A stretch of 62,667 nucleotides of DNA, the filler included, from Chiloscyllium plagiosum (lineage: Eukaryota), in NCBI RefSeq assembly GCF_004010195.1. It is 3 parts of one record of this genome, joined end to end, with 100 filler letters (N's around TTAATTAATTAA, not from the genome) between each part and the next. Parts side by side here need not be neighbours in the genome. Positions count along the whole stretch, not along the records: positions 1 to 28,854 come from NC_057716.1; 2 more parts are not named here. One strand, written 5' to 3'. Below are positions 1-13,220 of this stretch, in pieces. The position numbers were made by a program, and so were the translations under genes. The notes under the pieces are model-generated. The model saw nothing but the letters and a program-made list of their open reading frames with translations. It was not told the DNA's origin and ran no database searches. How positions within the stretch are numbered: position 1 is the first letter of the stretch; every line of letters starts with the position of its first letter.

Positions 1-62
1 CCACACCGCCGTGCCCCCTACACCGCCGTGCCCCCCACACCGCCGTGCCACCGTGCCGCCCA
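1..62. repeat. Short GC-rich tandem repeat (about 17 bp unit, CCACACCGCCGTGCCCC) at a SINE end
   Basis: About 3 copies visible, ending in ccaccgtgccgccc, the reverse complement of the V-SINE 5' end. Confidence 0.6.
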
Positions 63-299
63 CAGTTATATTTAACTAGTATAAACATATAGTTCAGTGT
101 ATCCCCCACTCTATCATTACCATCACGCCAGGTTCCATGGAGAGACAGGGAAGCATGTCAAGAGCAGCACCATATATTCCTAAAAATGAGGTACTAACTT
201 AGTGAAGCTACAGTACAGGATAACTTGTTTACTAAACAGCAGAAATAGCATGTGATAGGAAAAGCCAAGCTAACATTCCTCGAACAACAGATTAAATGG

Positions 300-1450
300 G
301 AGCTCTGTGGTACTGTCATATCCAATCATAAATGGTGACAGGCAATAAAATAACTCACTGGAAGAGAGCACTCCATTCACATCCCCATCCTGTAAAAGCT
401 GTTCTACTTAACGCTAATACCTCTTTGAAATACTACCTCTGGCATCCACTTGACAAATGAATGATGTGTCACCTATCTGCAAAGAAAGCAGAAGAAATCC
501 TATTTAGCCAATTACCACCAAGTTGGTCTCTTCTTGCTTATTGGCAAAGCAATGGAAGATGTCTCTGAGTGTGCTGACCTGTGGCACTTACTCAGCAATA
601 ATCTATTCACTGGAACTCCCTGAACTACTGTGCTCTTCCAGCACCACTTATCCAGAATCCAGTTGGATTCTGTCAGGGTTACTTCACTCCAGATCTCATT
701 GACTGCATTCTAAAAATGAGTTGAATGTGAATACCCTTGACATGAAGGCATTGTTTGAGTGTGACACCAAGGATCCCCAGCAAAACTGAAGTCCATTGGA
801 ATTAAATGGAAAACGCTCTGCTGTTTTGATTCTCAATTAGCACAAAACAAGATTGATGTGAGTATTGGAGAAGCTAATTATCTCAGCCCTGAATGTTGCT
901 GCAGATGTTCCTTGGAGCAATGGTATTTAATGACCCTCCCTCTTTTATTCCATTGAAAATGGAGGTATTTGACGCTATGCACTGTTCATTATCATTTGCA
1001 AACCTCAAATACTGAAGAAGGCCATGCTGAGGTGCAGCAAGATGTAATCAGTATTCAGATTTGGGCTGATAAACATAAAGTAACATTTGCTGTCTCTCAA
1101 TTGCCAAGCAATGGTCATCCTCAACAAGAGAAAATCTAACCCATTTCCCCTTCACATTCAACAGCATTGCCACTTATAAATTTCTATCATAAAGTTTACA
1201 TCCTGTGCCTACCATTGACCAGAAACCTGATTGGACCAGCCATGTAAATATTATGGTCACAAGAACAGGTAAGAGTAAGGGAATTCTACTGAGAGTTACT
1301 CACCACCTGAATCCCCAAAACCTTTTCTCCATGTTCAAGTCAGGATAGAATACTCCATTCACCAAGATGAACTTAGCTCCAAAAACAGTTGAGAAGCTCA
1401 ATAATGAGGACAACTTGATCCGCACCGCATCCAGGAGGTTAAACAATCGC
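300..1450 (+). mobile_element. Degenerate CR1/L2-clade LINE, RT and 3' region (second LINE family)
   Basis: Homologous to fragments at about 17740-18420, 39330-39725, 43400-44720 and 48545-48720 (e.g. ttaccattgaccagaaac...accagccatgtaaata...acaagagcagg); no intact ORF. Confidence 0.6.
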
Positions 1451-2784
1451 TCCCTCACACCCTGCTCACAGTCTTGGATCTCACACATTCCTGGCCATAC
1501 TAAAAGTAGGTTAGGTTGTGAGCTGAATCACTTTGGTCTGCAGAGCTCCCTTTTTAATACTTAGGAGGGAGTGGTCAGAAAAAAATTCCCTCAATCCGGC
1601 TTGTTTTATTATTAACTGCTCACAGGGGATCGTATGATAGTGGGAGCAACAGGAGAGGTGGTGGTTCATCACACTTACTGGCAACATTGCTATTTAGTTG
1701 TATTTAATTTTCATGAAATAATAATGTATAAAAATTATACATTCAGCCCTAGGCTACGAATGGGAGGCTAATTGTTTCCAAACTGTCCATTCTATGGATT
1801 TCATTGTGAGCAATATTTATCCCTTAACTAGAATCAGTAAAATCAAATGATCTCATTGTTCCATTGTTGCTGTGTGCATTTCCTGGATTCCAAAATATGT
1901 ATTGTATTTAATTATAGGAATGTGGAAAGTGTTAACTGGTGATTCACTTTGTCCCTATAAAAAGGAAAAGATGAGAACTGTTTTTCTGGGTGAGGAGGTG
2001 TATGTTTATAATATGTCTCACTGTCAATAAATGCTTATGAAAGTGTGTGAAGATCGGCTTCAGTTCTATTATTCACCAGCTAATCTTTCCATAATGTAAT
2101 AGTGACTACATTTCAGTAAGTACTTTACTGAATGTAAGGCTCTGCATTAATGCAAACTTTCCTTTTCTTTTACATTCATACAGCTTGTATTTTGCTTTGT
2201 ATTATAGAACTTCTTCATTTATTCTTCCTTTAATGCTTCATTTACTGTCCTTCACTCCTATGCAGAAGTCAGGAACAACACTCAGTCTTTGTGCTCACAA
2301 ATCAATTAAATGACAGTGGCAGGATGAATGGAGCAGAGGCACAAAGTGGGTGAATCGTTTACTTATATACAAATTGAATTTCCAAGTAAACAACTTGATC
2401 ATAAAGAAGCCAAGCAGCATTACAGATTATGTGGTTTGAGAATTTAGGCAACTTAAGCACATACGTGATATGTATATAAATGTATTACATTGCGTGCAAG
2501 TCTATTTATATATAAGTAAATGTATTTACAAATAAATGAATATTCATATGCACACTTCAATTTTTCTTGTTGCAGCATTATCTCCTGCAGTGCTGTGCAT
2601 TTAAAGGTCTTGACTTTCATTAGACCTGTGAGCCTCTGGATGGTGCAAATATTAATGTTCGTTGTGCAGAGTAATGTAAATCTATGAATGTGACCTTCTA
2701 AATTTCAGACTGATTCAGCATATGTTTAGTTTATTCATATCACATTGTGTAGTCAATTATCATGATGCACTCGCTGTACTGAGA

Positions 2785-3825
2785 GTCATAGAGTCGTACA
2801 GCACGGAAACAGACCCTTCGGTTCACCTTGTCCATGTCTACCAGATATCCGAACCTAATCTAGTCCCACCTGCCAGCACCTGGCACATATCCCTCCAAAC
2901 CCTTCCTATTCATATACCCATCCAGATGCCTTTTAAATCTTGCAATTGTACCAGCCTCTACCACTTCCTCTGGCAGCTCATTCCATACGTGTGCCACCCT
3001 CTGCATGAAAAAGTTGCCCCTTAGGTCCCTTTTATATCTTTCCCCTCTCACCCTAAACCTATGCCCTCTAGTTCTGGAACCCCCCCCCCTGCCAAAACCC
3101 TAAAAGAAATGATCTTGTCTATTTATCTTATCCAAGCCCATCATGATTTTATAGGCCTCGATAAAGTCACCCCTCAGCCTCCGACACTTCAGAAAAAACA
3201 GCTCCAGTCTATTCAAACTTGCCTTATAGCTCAAATCCTCCAACCCTGGCAATGTCCCTGTAAATCTTTCCTGAATCCTTTCAAGTTTTACAACATCCTT
3301 CTGATAGGAAGGAGACCAGAATTGCACACAATATTCCAAAAGTGGCCTAACCAATGCCCTGTATAGCCACAACATGACCTCCCAATTCCAATACTCAATG
3401 CTTTGACCAATAAAGGAAACCATACCAAACATCATCTTCACTGTCCTATCTACCTGCGACTCTACTATAAACCTGCAGTCCAAAGTCTTTTTGTTCAGCA
3501 ACAATCTCCAGGAAGTTACAATTAAGTGTATAAGTCCTGCTCTGATTTGCTTTCCAAAATGCAGCAAGTCACATTTATCTAAATTAAACTCCATCTGCCA
3601 CTCCTCAGCCCGCTGGCCCATCTGATCAAGATCCTGTTGCACTCTAAGGGAACCTTCTTCTCTGTCCATGACATCTCCAATTTTGGTGTATTCTGCAAAC
3701 TTACTAGCTATACCTTCTATGTTCATATCCAAATCGTTTATATCAATGATGAAAAGCAGTGGACCAAGCACCGATCCATATCGCACATCACTGGTCACAG
3801 GCCTCCAGTCTGAAAAACAACCTTA
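2785..3825 (-). mobile_element. CR1/HER1 LINE, 3' portion
   Basis: ORF 3100-3798 has GSVLGPLLFII.INDL and LEYCVQFWSP; CR1-type 3' tail ends in actctatgactct. Confidence 0.9.
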
Positions 3826-4242
3826 AAAAGAAAAATAATGTTCTCACCACCAACAGGAATATTTTCAATGCTGCGAGCTAAAGAAGCCAGGAGAGATTCA
3901 GAACTATGTAGAAATAAATCACCTTTATATAATGAACACACTTTTATTTATACAAAGGAAAATTACTATGAATCCAAGGGACAAATACAACTAATGGTGG
4001 AAATCTGAAATAAGGACAGAAAATGTTGGAAGTGCATTTCCATTACAAAAGATTGAACATTTCGGAAGCAGTGATAGATTCAGACAGAGTTAGCATGGAT
4101 TTTTAAAAAGGGAATCTTGTCGACGGTTCCAATGGAATTTTCTGAAGATGTGCATATAGTATACTTGGACTTTCAGAAGGTTTTTAATAAGGTCCCGCCT
4201 CAGATTAGCATGTAAAGTTAAAGCACATGATTTTGAAGGTAA

Positions 4243-4944
4243 TGTTATGAAGTTGAAGGCATGTACTGTACCTTTGAGAGAGTGCAAGCTGGCAAGCACC
4301 TGTCATGTGACTGACTCACAGACAGTGTGCTGCAAAATTCAAAGATGTAACATTTGGCTGTGACCTAGATATCTTAGTTGTTTTCGCAACAGTTTGAATT
4401 TAACTAATGCCCTAACATACTAAAACCCAATCGAATTTGAATTTTATTGTTTCGACAACATCGAACCAATGAGATGATCCGATGTTTGGGGTATAGAAAA
4501 AGCAGGCATTTTGGATAGTTGGCCAGAAAGAGTACTAATTGCCACTGTTAAAGGTACTTTTTTCACACGAAACATCTTTGCAGCAGAAGACTGAAGAGAA
4601 CCCAAGGCGAACTACAGAGTAGGATAAACAGTGTAGTCAACAACTACTGTCTAGTTTTGAAAGTAAGTTGCTGTAAATTTAAGAGGGGCTTTATTAGGTC
4701 AGTATATTATAGAGTGAGAGGTAGATAACAAATCTTCAAGTGAAAGGCTTAAGTAAATACTTGTTACTTAATGTTCACTTTTAGAGTTAAAGAATAACTT
4801 GATATTTTTTATTAAATAGTGAAATTTGTTTAGTTCTCTGTCACTCATACATTAACAGTTTACGAGGTGAGGTGAGCTTTTCTCTGGGTTTAGTTTAATT
4901 AGTGGAAGAATGTGTTTCATACTGTACACATAGTGTTCGTAACA
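4243..4944 (+). mobile_element. Solo LTR of about 700 bp inserted in CR1
   Basis: Begins TGTTATGA and ends TCGTAACA (TG...CA inverted termini); internal TATA-like gggtatagaaaa near 4490; CR1 sequence resumes on both sides. Confidence 0.7.
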
Positions 4945-5126
4945 ATAGTGTACTGACATGGATAGAGAACTGGTTGGCCGATAAAGAAACAAATGGTAGG
5001 AATAAAGAGATCTTTTTTCATGTGGCAGGCAGTGACTAGTAGGGCACTGCAGGGATTAGTGCTTTCCAGGACCTCAGCTATTCACAATATACATCAGTGA
5101 TTTAGATGAGAGAAGTAAATGTCATC

Positions 5127-5719
5127 TGTTATGGACCATGCCAGATCCCCTCAAGACATTTCTAGAAAGTGTCCCAGACCCTAACTTTGCTAGTTGTTTT
5201 AAGCAGGTGTAAAGTAGATATTCCAGGAGTGAAGCAGCTGGACCGGCCACTTAGTTTTAAACAAAACTGAACTTATTTGCAAGATTACTGAATGAAACAC
5301 AAACAAAAGAGAACAGAGTATAGAATACTTAACCTATCTGAAAACCCAGCAGACTATGACCACTTAATGCGATTCCAAATTCCTGCAGCAATCCTCATAA
5401 AAATCCCTTGGGAAAAATCAAACACGGTCTTACAGGAGAGAGAGAGAGAGATGGCAGAGAAATTCAGTATGGAACACATTCTTCCATGGAGCTATTTCTT
5501 GGATCAGCCTTAAAACTGATATCCTGCTTTCAGTGAACAGCCAGACTGCTAAAAACACAGCTGAGCTGGGAGAAGTTACCACTCCCATTTCATTGTAAAA
5601 GAGTTTGTTTTAAACTTGAAAGCCTATTATCTGAGGCAGTATCTGTTAGCTAAAATCAAACTAGCCCTAAAACCCTTCAAACCGTAGACTTTTTGGAATT
5701 GCTGCTTTTAACAACCTCT
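5127..5719. mobile_element. LTR-like insert, truncated; second copy at about 19400-19683
   Basis: Starts TGTTATGG; shares gagctgggagaa...actccc.tttcattgt...ttgaaagcct...ctgttagcta.aatcaaact with 19450-19630. Confidence 0.55.
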
Positions 5720-7439
5720 AAGTTTGCAGACATGACAAAGCTGGTGGGAGAATGAACTGTGAAAGTTAAGTGAAAGTGCAGAGGAAAATGAATTGTGAAT
5801 AGGACATAAGGAGCCTACAAAGGGATATAGATTAACTGCGTGGATAAATGTCTAGCAAATGGTATATAATGTGGGTAGCTGTGCAATTGTTCATTTTGGC
5901 AGAAAGAATAGGACAAAACGGAGATGCAGAGAGATCTGTGTGTACTCGTGTATAAATTTACAGAAAGTTCGTGCAAGTAATTAAGAAAACTAATAGAATG
6001 TGATGTTTGTGAGTGGAATTAAATGCAAGAACGGAGATTACATTTCAGTAATAGAGAATATTGGGAAGACTGTCTGGAATACTGTGTACAGGATTGCTCA
6101 CCATACTTAGGAAAGGATGTTAATGTTTTGGAAGCAGTTCAGAGAAAGTGAAGACTGCAGATGCTGGAGAGTTACAGTTGAAAAATGTGGTGCTGGAAAA
6201 GCTCAGCAGGTCAGACGGTATCCGAAGAACAGGTGAGTTGATGTTTCGGGCATAAGCCCTTCATTAGGAATGTGAGAGAAGGTTGACTAGAATAATACCT
6301 GGAAAGGCTAGGCCTGTATCTTCTGAAGTTTATAAGAGTCAATGGTGACTAAATTGAAATACAAACTTCTGAGGGGACTTGATCGGGTGGATATTGAAAG
6401 CATGTTTCCATTTGTAAGAGAATGCAGTACTGGGATCATTAGTTTAAAAATGAAAGGTTAGCCATTTAAAACTGAGATTAAAAATAACTTTTTCTGAGCA
6501 TTGAGTCTTTAGAATTCCCCTCCTGGAAAGGCAGTGGATACAGAATCTTGAAATATTTTTAAGACAAAGGGAGGTAGATTCTTGATTAAAGGGGATGAAG
6601 GATTTTTGGGGGTACACAGGAATGCAGAAACAAGAATAGAAATTGCTAGAAAAGCTCAGCAGATCTGGCAGTATCACTGCAGAGAAATCAGAGTTGATGT
6701 TTCAGGTCCAGTGACCCATAGAACCGAGAAAGAACACAGGAGTGCAAAGTTGAGGTTAAAATCCGATCAGTCGTGATCTTATTGAATGGTGGAACAGATT
6801 TGAAGAGTCAAGTGGCCTACTCTACTTCCTTATTCATACGTTCCTTTGTTGGTCATAGGGCAAAAAATCTCACTAGACAAAACAATGTAATATTCAGATA
6901 GTTAACGTTTTGGGTTAATGACTCTGTGAGCCTTGGCTGCCAAATGGGGAGGGAGCAGAAAAATTAAAATTGAGTTACTGTAATTTTAGGAAGGACAGAA
7001 TAGATAAAAGATTAGGTGGAGTTGTACTGTACTAGAGATTGTCATTGAGAGAGAGAATTGAAAAAGGAAATGTGTGGGCAGATAGAGATCTGAGCAGCGA
7101 CAATAAAATTATTTTATTGTAGGTGGTTTCAGTGACCCATTTATTGTCTGGTGAAAGGAGACATCGAGATGTTAAAAGGAAATATGTTAGGATAGACTAA
7201 GATCCTCTTTATTAAGCAATGTGTAATGTTTTCCTCCAATGGGAGGGCTATTACTAGACCAAGCAATAAATAATAAAATAGATGTGTATAATCATAGATC
7301 AGATAGTGAATTAAGCCTAACATGAAAGCTATGAAAAATAAGGGCTTTTTTCCCTTGGAAAAAAATTATTCACAGTATCCTTGTATAGTTTTAGCACAAT
7401 TTTCCTATTTTTATACTCCATTCTCTTTGAAATGATAAG

Positions 7440-9960
7440 CCTTCCATAAAAGTTAAAGTTCTTAATTTGAGTAAGGCAAATTTTAATACAATGAGACAAG
7501 AACTTTCAAAAGCTCGTTGGATTAGAAAGGTAAAGCGGCAGCTGCCAACTGGGAAGCTTTCAAAAGTGCGATAACGAGAGTTCAGAGGCATTATGTTCCT
7601 GTTAGAGTGAAAGGTCCGGCTGATAAGATTAGAGAACAATGGACAAATAAAGATATTGAGGTTCTAGTCAAGAATAAAAATGAATCATACTAGATATACA
7701 CAACTGTGATAAAATGAATCTCTTGACAATTATAAAGAGTGTAGGGGCATTCTTAAGAAGGAAATCAGAAAGGTAAAGCAGGGATATGAGATAACCTTGG
7801 CAGATAAGGCTAAGGATAATCCAGAGAGATTCTGTAAGTACATTAAGAGCAAAAGAGCAAATAGGGAGAGAATGGGGCCCCGTAAAGATCGAGGTCTTTG
7901 TGTTGAAACTCAGAAGAGGTTTGTATTAGTTTTCACTGTGGAGATAGAACCGGAGGCTAGCGAACTCGGAAATAAATATTGATGTTTTGAAAACAGTTCA
8001 CATCACAGAAGAGGAAGTGCTGGAGGTCTTAGAAACATAAAGGCAAGAAAATATCCGGGACCTGATCAAGTGTATCCCAGGGAATTGTGGGATGTTAGGG
8101 AGGAAATTGTGGGGCTCCTAGCAGAACTATTTATATCATTTATAACTGCAGGTGAGTTGCTGGAGGATTGGCAAGTGGTTAATGTTGTGCCTTTATTTAA
8201 GAATGACTGACTGTGAGGAGAAGCCTGGGAACTATAGACCTGCGAGTCTGACATTGCTGGTTGGGTAAGTTGGTGGAGGTGGTTCTGAAAGATAGGATTT
8301 ACATGCATTTGGAGAGACATGGCATGATTGGAGAGTGTCAGCATGGGTTAAGCAAGGGAAATCATGTCTGTCAAACTTGATGGAGTTCTTTGAGGAAGTA
8401 AGAACATTGATATTGCTTACTGGATTTTAGTAAAGCCTTTGGTAAGTTTCTGCATGGTAGACTGATTTCCCAAGTTAATCATATGGGATTCGAGGTGAGC
8501 TTACCAATTGGATACAAAATTGGCTTAAAGGCAGGAGACAGAGTGGTGCTGAAGACTTGTTTTTCTGACTGGAGGCCTGTGACCAACGGTGTTCCACAGG
8601 GATCTGTAGAGGGCCCACTTTTGTTTGTTATTTATGTAAATGTTTTGGATGAGAACATAGGAGACTCCAGTTTGCAGATGACACAAAGATCGGTGATTAT
8701 TAGGTTAGATTTCCTACAGTGTGGGAACAGGCCCTTCGGCCCAACCAGTCCACACCAACCCTCCGAAGAGTAACCCTCCGAAGAGTAACCCACCCAGACC
8801 CATTTCCCTCTGACTAATGCACCTAACAGTTTGGGCAATTTAACATGGCCGATTCACCTGACTTGCACATCTTTGGATTGTGGGAGGAAACACGATCATC
8901 TGGAGGAAACCCACACAGACATGGGGAGAAAATGCAAACTCCACACTGACAGTCGCCCGAGGCTGGAATCGTACCTGGGACCCTGGTGCTGTGAGGCAGT
9001 AGTGCTAACCACTGTGCCATCGTGCCACCCCTATATTGTGATATATTGGACAATGAAGAAGGTTGTCTAAGATTACAGAGAGGTCTTGATCGATTGGGTC
9101 AAAAGCCTGAGGAGTTTAATTTGGATAAATATGAGGTATTGCATTTTGATAAAACAAACAATGGCAGGACTTACACAATTAATGGTAGGTCCCTGTAGAA
9201 CAGAGAGACCTGGGCGTTCAGGTACATAATGTTTTGAAATTTGCATCACAGGTAGACAGTGTTGTTGCTCGAAAAGTACAGTAGGTCAGGCAGCGTCCAA
9301 GGAGCAGGAGCATCGACTTTTCCAGCACCACAAACTCGACTCTAATCTCGAGCATCTGCAGTCCTCACTTTCTCCTAGTCACAGGTGGACAGGGTAGTTA
9401 AGAAGGTGTTTAGCAAACTTGTCTTCATTGCTCAGACCTTTCAGTATATGAGTTGGGACGTCATGTTGAGGTTGTACAGGACTTTGGTGAGGCCTCTTCT
9501 GGAGTATTATGTGCAGTTCAGGTCACCCTGTTACAGGAAGGATGTTATTAAACTGGAGAGAGTTCAGAAAAGATTGAATTATTAGGAGAGGCTGGATAAG
9601 CTGGGACTTTTTTCACTGGAGCATATGAGGTTGAGAGATGACCTTATAGAGGTTTACACAATCATGAGTGAATAGTAAAGTTTTGTTCCCCTAAGATAGG
9701 GTGTTCAAAGCTATGGGATATATATTTTTAAGGTTAGAGGAGAAAGAATTAAAAAGGACATGGTTTGTATATAGAATGAACTGCCAGAGGAAGTGGATGC
9801 AGGTACAGTTACAATATTTAAAAGACATTTGGATATGTACATGAATATGAAATGTTTGGAATGATATGGGCCAAACATCGGCAGGTGGGACTAATTTAGT
9901 TTGGGAACATGGTCGATGTGGACTAGTTGGACCAAAGGGCCTGTTTCTGTACTGTATGTA
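7440..9960 (+). mobile_element. Degenerate CR1/HER1 LINE with nested SINE and Penelope-terminus inserts
   Basis: ORF fragments GVPQGSV.GPLLFVIYVN and LYRTLVRPLLEY; CR1 3' tail near 9950. Confidence 0.85.
8698..9030 (-). mobile_element. HE1-type V-SINE (tRNA-derived)
   Basis: tRNA-like head GGTGGCACGATGGCACAGTGGTTAGCAC, V-domain gtgtggagtttgca...ggtttcctcc, and CR1-derived tail. Confidence 0.85.
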
Positions 9961-11194
9961 TAAATAAAGACTAAAATTCCATTTAGACAATAGGACCGTA
10001 AGACATAGGAGCAGAAATCAGTCCATTCAGCCCATCACGTCTGCTCCGCCACTCAATCATGGCTGATAAGTTTCTCAACCCCATTCTCCTGCTTTCTCCC
10101 CATAACCCTTGATTCTCTTGATACTCAGAAACGTATCATTTACCTTCGCTATTACTTGCTGAATGTTATGATATTGTGCGATAAATGCAATGATATCAGC
10201 AATACCTTCGGCAAAAAATATAATCAGACGGACAAAATGACTCCCAGGAGAATACTTAGAAAGGAGAATGGGAATGCCATCTCTCTATCTTCCTGGCTGA
10301 GTGAACATTTGTGCTTTTAGTTTGATCCTGTGGTCAGTGCTGTGTGAGAATGAAGAAAGAAGTGAAAATAACCCTCAACATATCATGTGTAGCCCTCAGT
10401 ACCAAAATATCTTTTGTATGCAATATATTAGGAGTGCAAGTAGGACAACAAAGATTGAAGTGTTGAATTTTGTTGACAACTTTGTGAAAATATAATTAAA
10501 CATGTCCCATATCATATGTAATTGACTGCATTAGATCACTTTTTGTTTTGTTGTAGGATCTCTAATTACTCAGGGGTACTACTTCAACAATTCAAGGGAT
10601 ATAGTTACCTCTTATACGGTACTATAGTTTATATGATTACAGGAATATGGTGGTAAAGCAGCACACATCTGTATGAGTGTTATTGTGATGTGGCAGGCGA
10701 GTAAGTTTTAAGTTGAACTGTTATTATGCATTACACATTATTCTTGCTCAAGGGTAGTTTGTTATTGCTGCTTCATGTTGAGTGTTGAATCCTTTCCTCC
10801 CTGCATCATGTTGAGGGCTGCGCACTTTGATAATGTTCCCCTCATACTTGTTTTGCCGTAAGCAAAAAAGATTTGGGTGTTCATAAACCAGTCATGAAAA
10901 GCTTGCGAGCAGGTCCAAAATACAATTTAAAAATCTAATGGAACATTGGCTTTAATCTCAAATGGCTGTTGTACAAAGGGCAGGAAATATGCTTAGTTTA
11001 CACACATCCTTCATCAGGCCCTGTAGAGTTATGGGCACTGCACTTCGGGGAAAGATGCATTGACCTTGGAGGAGTCACAAGAGGTAGGAGCAGAAGTAGG
11101 CCATTCAGCCCATCAAGCCTATTCTGCCATTCATTAAGGTCATGGTTGATCTGATGATCTTCAAATGCAGTTTCCTGCCTTTTCCCTATAACCT

Positions 11195-11525
11195 TTTCTG
11201 ATTGGAGTGCAGGTTCATAGTTCCTTGAACATAGAGTCGCATGTACATACGATAGTGAAGAAGGTGATTGGTATGCTTTCCTTTATTCGTCAGAGCATTG
11301 AGTATAGGAGTTGGGAGGTCATGTTGCGGCTGTACAGGACATTGGTTAGGCCACTGTTGGAATATTGTGTGCAATTCTGGCCTCCTTCCTATCAGAAGGA
11401 TATTGTAAAACTTGAAAGGGTTCAGAAAAGATTTACAAGGATGTTGCCAGGATTGGAGGATTTGAGCTATAGGGAGAGGCTGAACAAGCTGGGGTGGTTT
11501 TCTCTGGAGCGTCAGAGGCTATGGG
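11195..11525 (+). mobile_element. CR1 fragment
   Basis: LYRTLVRPLLEYCVQFW...RFTRMLPGLE. Confidence 0.85.
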
Positions 11526-11940
11526 CGTCAGATGCCAGTGTTGGACTGGCGTTTACAAAATTAAAAATCACAGAAAACCAGGTAATAGTTCAACAGGTTT
11601 ATTTGGAAGCACTAGCTTTCGGAGTGCTGCTCCTTCATCAGGTGGTTGTGGACTGTAAGATCGTAAGACACAGAATTTATAGCAAAAGTTACTGTGTGAC
11701 GTAACTGAAATTATATATTGAAAAAGACCTGGACTGTGTAAGTCTCTCATCTTTTCGAATGAACATGTTGGTTTCAGTTCTTTCAATATGTTAATTGCAG
11801 AACTTTTTTAAAGTTACATTCTCAAGTGAACTTTAACAATTGGTGTCATGTCAACCCAGATAATGCGTTGAAGGTGTGAGGTGCTCTGTGTGAGACTGTC
11901 TGTGCCACAATGGTCAGACTGATTCTAATCTAAAATCCGT
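11526..11940 (-). mobile_element. Penelope-like element 3' end / pLTR (family B) with hammerhead motif
   Basis: Minus strand 11644-11610 reads CAC CTGATGA A GGAGCAGCACTCC GAAA GC TA GTG. The same family occurs at 20435-21125, 32500-32710, 33188-33330, 52535-52660 and 59660-59750. Confidence 0.75.
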
Positions 11941-12466
11941 TTTTTTTTAGACTATAATTTTATAAAGTTAAAAATCAAAACTATATTTGTCTCATCCACA
12001 AGCTTGGTTGTTGTATGTTTCTGCCATTCAAGTCATTAATATATATTGTAAATAATTATGGCCCCAGCACAAATCCCTGCGACATACCAGTGTTGAAATG
12101 CAGACTCTTTCAAATGACACCAATGCTGAAGGAATAAAATAATGACAGTGCAAATTATACAGCTGACTTTCATTCTCTTTAAATCTGTCTCATTAAAGGG
12201 TAATCCAATTGAGGGACTTGGGTTGATAAAATGATTGTTTAGTATAGGTCATGAAAATCTAAGATGATGATCTTAAAAATTTTGAAGTAAGAGTTTAACC
12301 ATCAAGAATGAAGTCAGGAAGCATTAATCCAAACAAAGGTGGAGTGGAACTCTGAAAGTCTTTCCCTACCTTCCACCGCATCCCCCCCGCGCCCCCCACC
12401 CAGCTGAAAAATAATAGGACGCAGGAGAGCTTTCAGACCTGTGACTGATGGGAGTTTTGTTGTTAG

Positions 12467-12554
12467 TTGAAACTTTATTGCCTGACCTGCTGTGCTGTTC
12501 CAGCAATAAAGTTTCAACTTTGATCTCCAGCATCTGCAGACTCACTTTCTCCTC
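12467..12554. mobile_element. 88-bp Penelope-terminus insertion with a 5' inversion
   Basis: 16-bp TSD ggagttttgttgttag at 12451-12466 and 12555-12570; internal inverted ttgaaactttattgc / gcaataaagtttcaa. Confidence 0.8.
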
Positions 12555-13109
12555 GGAGTTTTGTTGTTAGGTGTGGAGAAACTGTGAGAATGTGGTTGGT
12601 CTGCCATGGCATAACTGAGAGATGGAGCAAGCGTGAGGCACTTACTGACCAACTACTGTTCTCAGGTTTCAAAAGTCAATACATTCAGGATTTTCACATT
12701 GAAATTCACCTCCACAGCTCAAAGTCTAAGCCAGGGTTGCAACATTGTTCTACCCCGATGCTTAAAAAAATGCTGTAGATGTTGTTTTCAAAAGAGGGTT
12801 TGGCAGTAGATTTGTGCTGTGAGTTGAGTTAATGGGTGAATAAAATGCAGACTTCAACCCTCCAGTCAGTTCTAAAGAAAAAAATGAGACAAATTCACGA
12901 TTGCATATCCAGACTTGCAAAGAAGGAGCAGCCTAGTCAGGAGATTAGGCACTGTGGAATGAGTTTTTTGAAAGGTTACTGTAATTGTGACCTCAGGTCC
13001 TGTTTACTCTTACAGACCTGAGCCAGGAATGTTGGTGATTCAGATTGCAGTTTAGTTGAGCATGTTACGACTCTTTGGATTGCTTCTTATCCCACTGTTG
13101 TGTTATTAG

Positions 13110-13220
13110 GATGATGACGATGAAACCAGAGTTGGGGAAGCATTGGCTCGTACTGTGGTCTGTGCTCTCAAGGCTGCAGATCCTCATGTTCATACTGCCA
13201 GCTGGCTGAATACCACGGAG
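13110..13220 (+). CDS. HSPBAP1: HSPBAP1 (JmjC-domain HSPB1-associated protein 1), penultimate coding exon, phase 0/0
   Basis: AG at 13108-13109 and GT at 13221. The 111 nt translate to DDDDETRVGEALARTVVCALKAADPHVHTASWLNTTE, resembling human HSPBAP1 ...ARVEEAITRMLVCALKTAE...AWLNPTE as recalled. Confidence 0.9.

Larger units (their letters stand above)
4085..6850 (+). mobile_element. Degenerate CR1 LINE interrupted by two LTR-like inserts and Penelope-terminus inserts
   Basis: CR1 RT motifs (YLDFQK, KFADDTK-like, EYCVQ) are collinear across the insertions. Confidence 0.75.
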
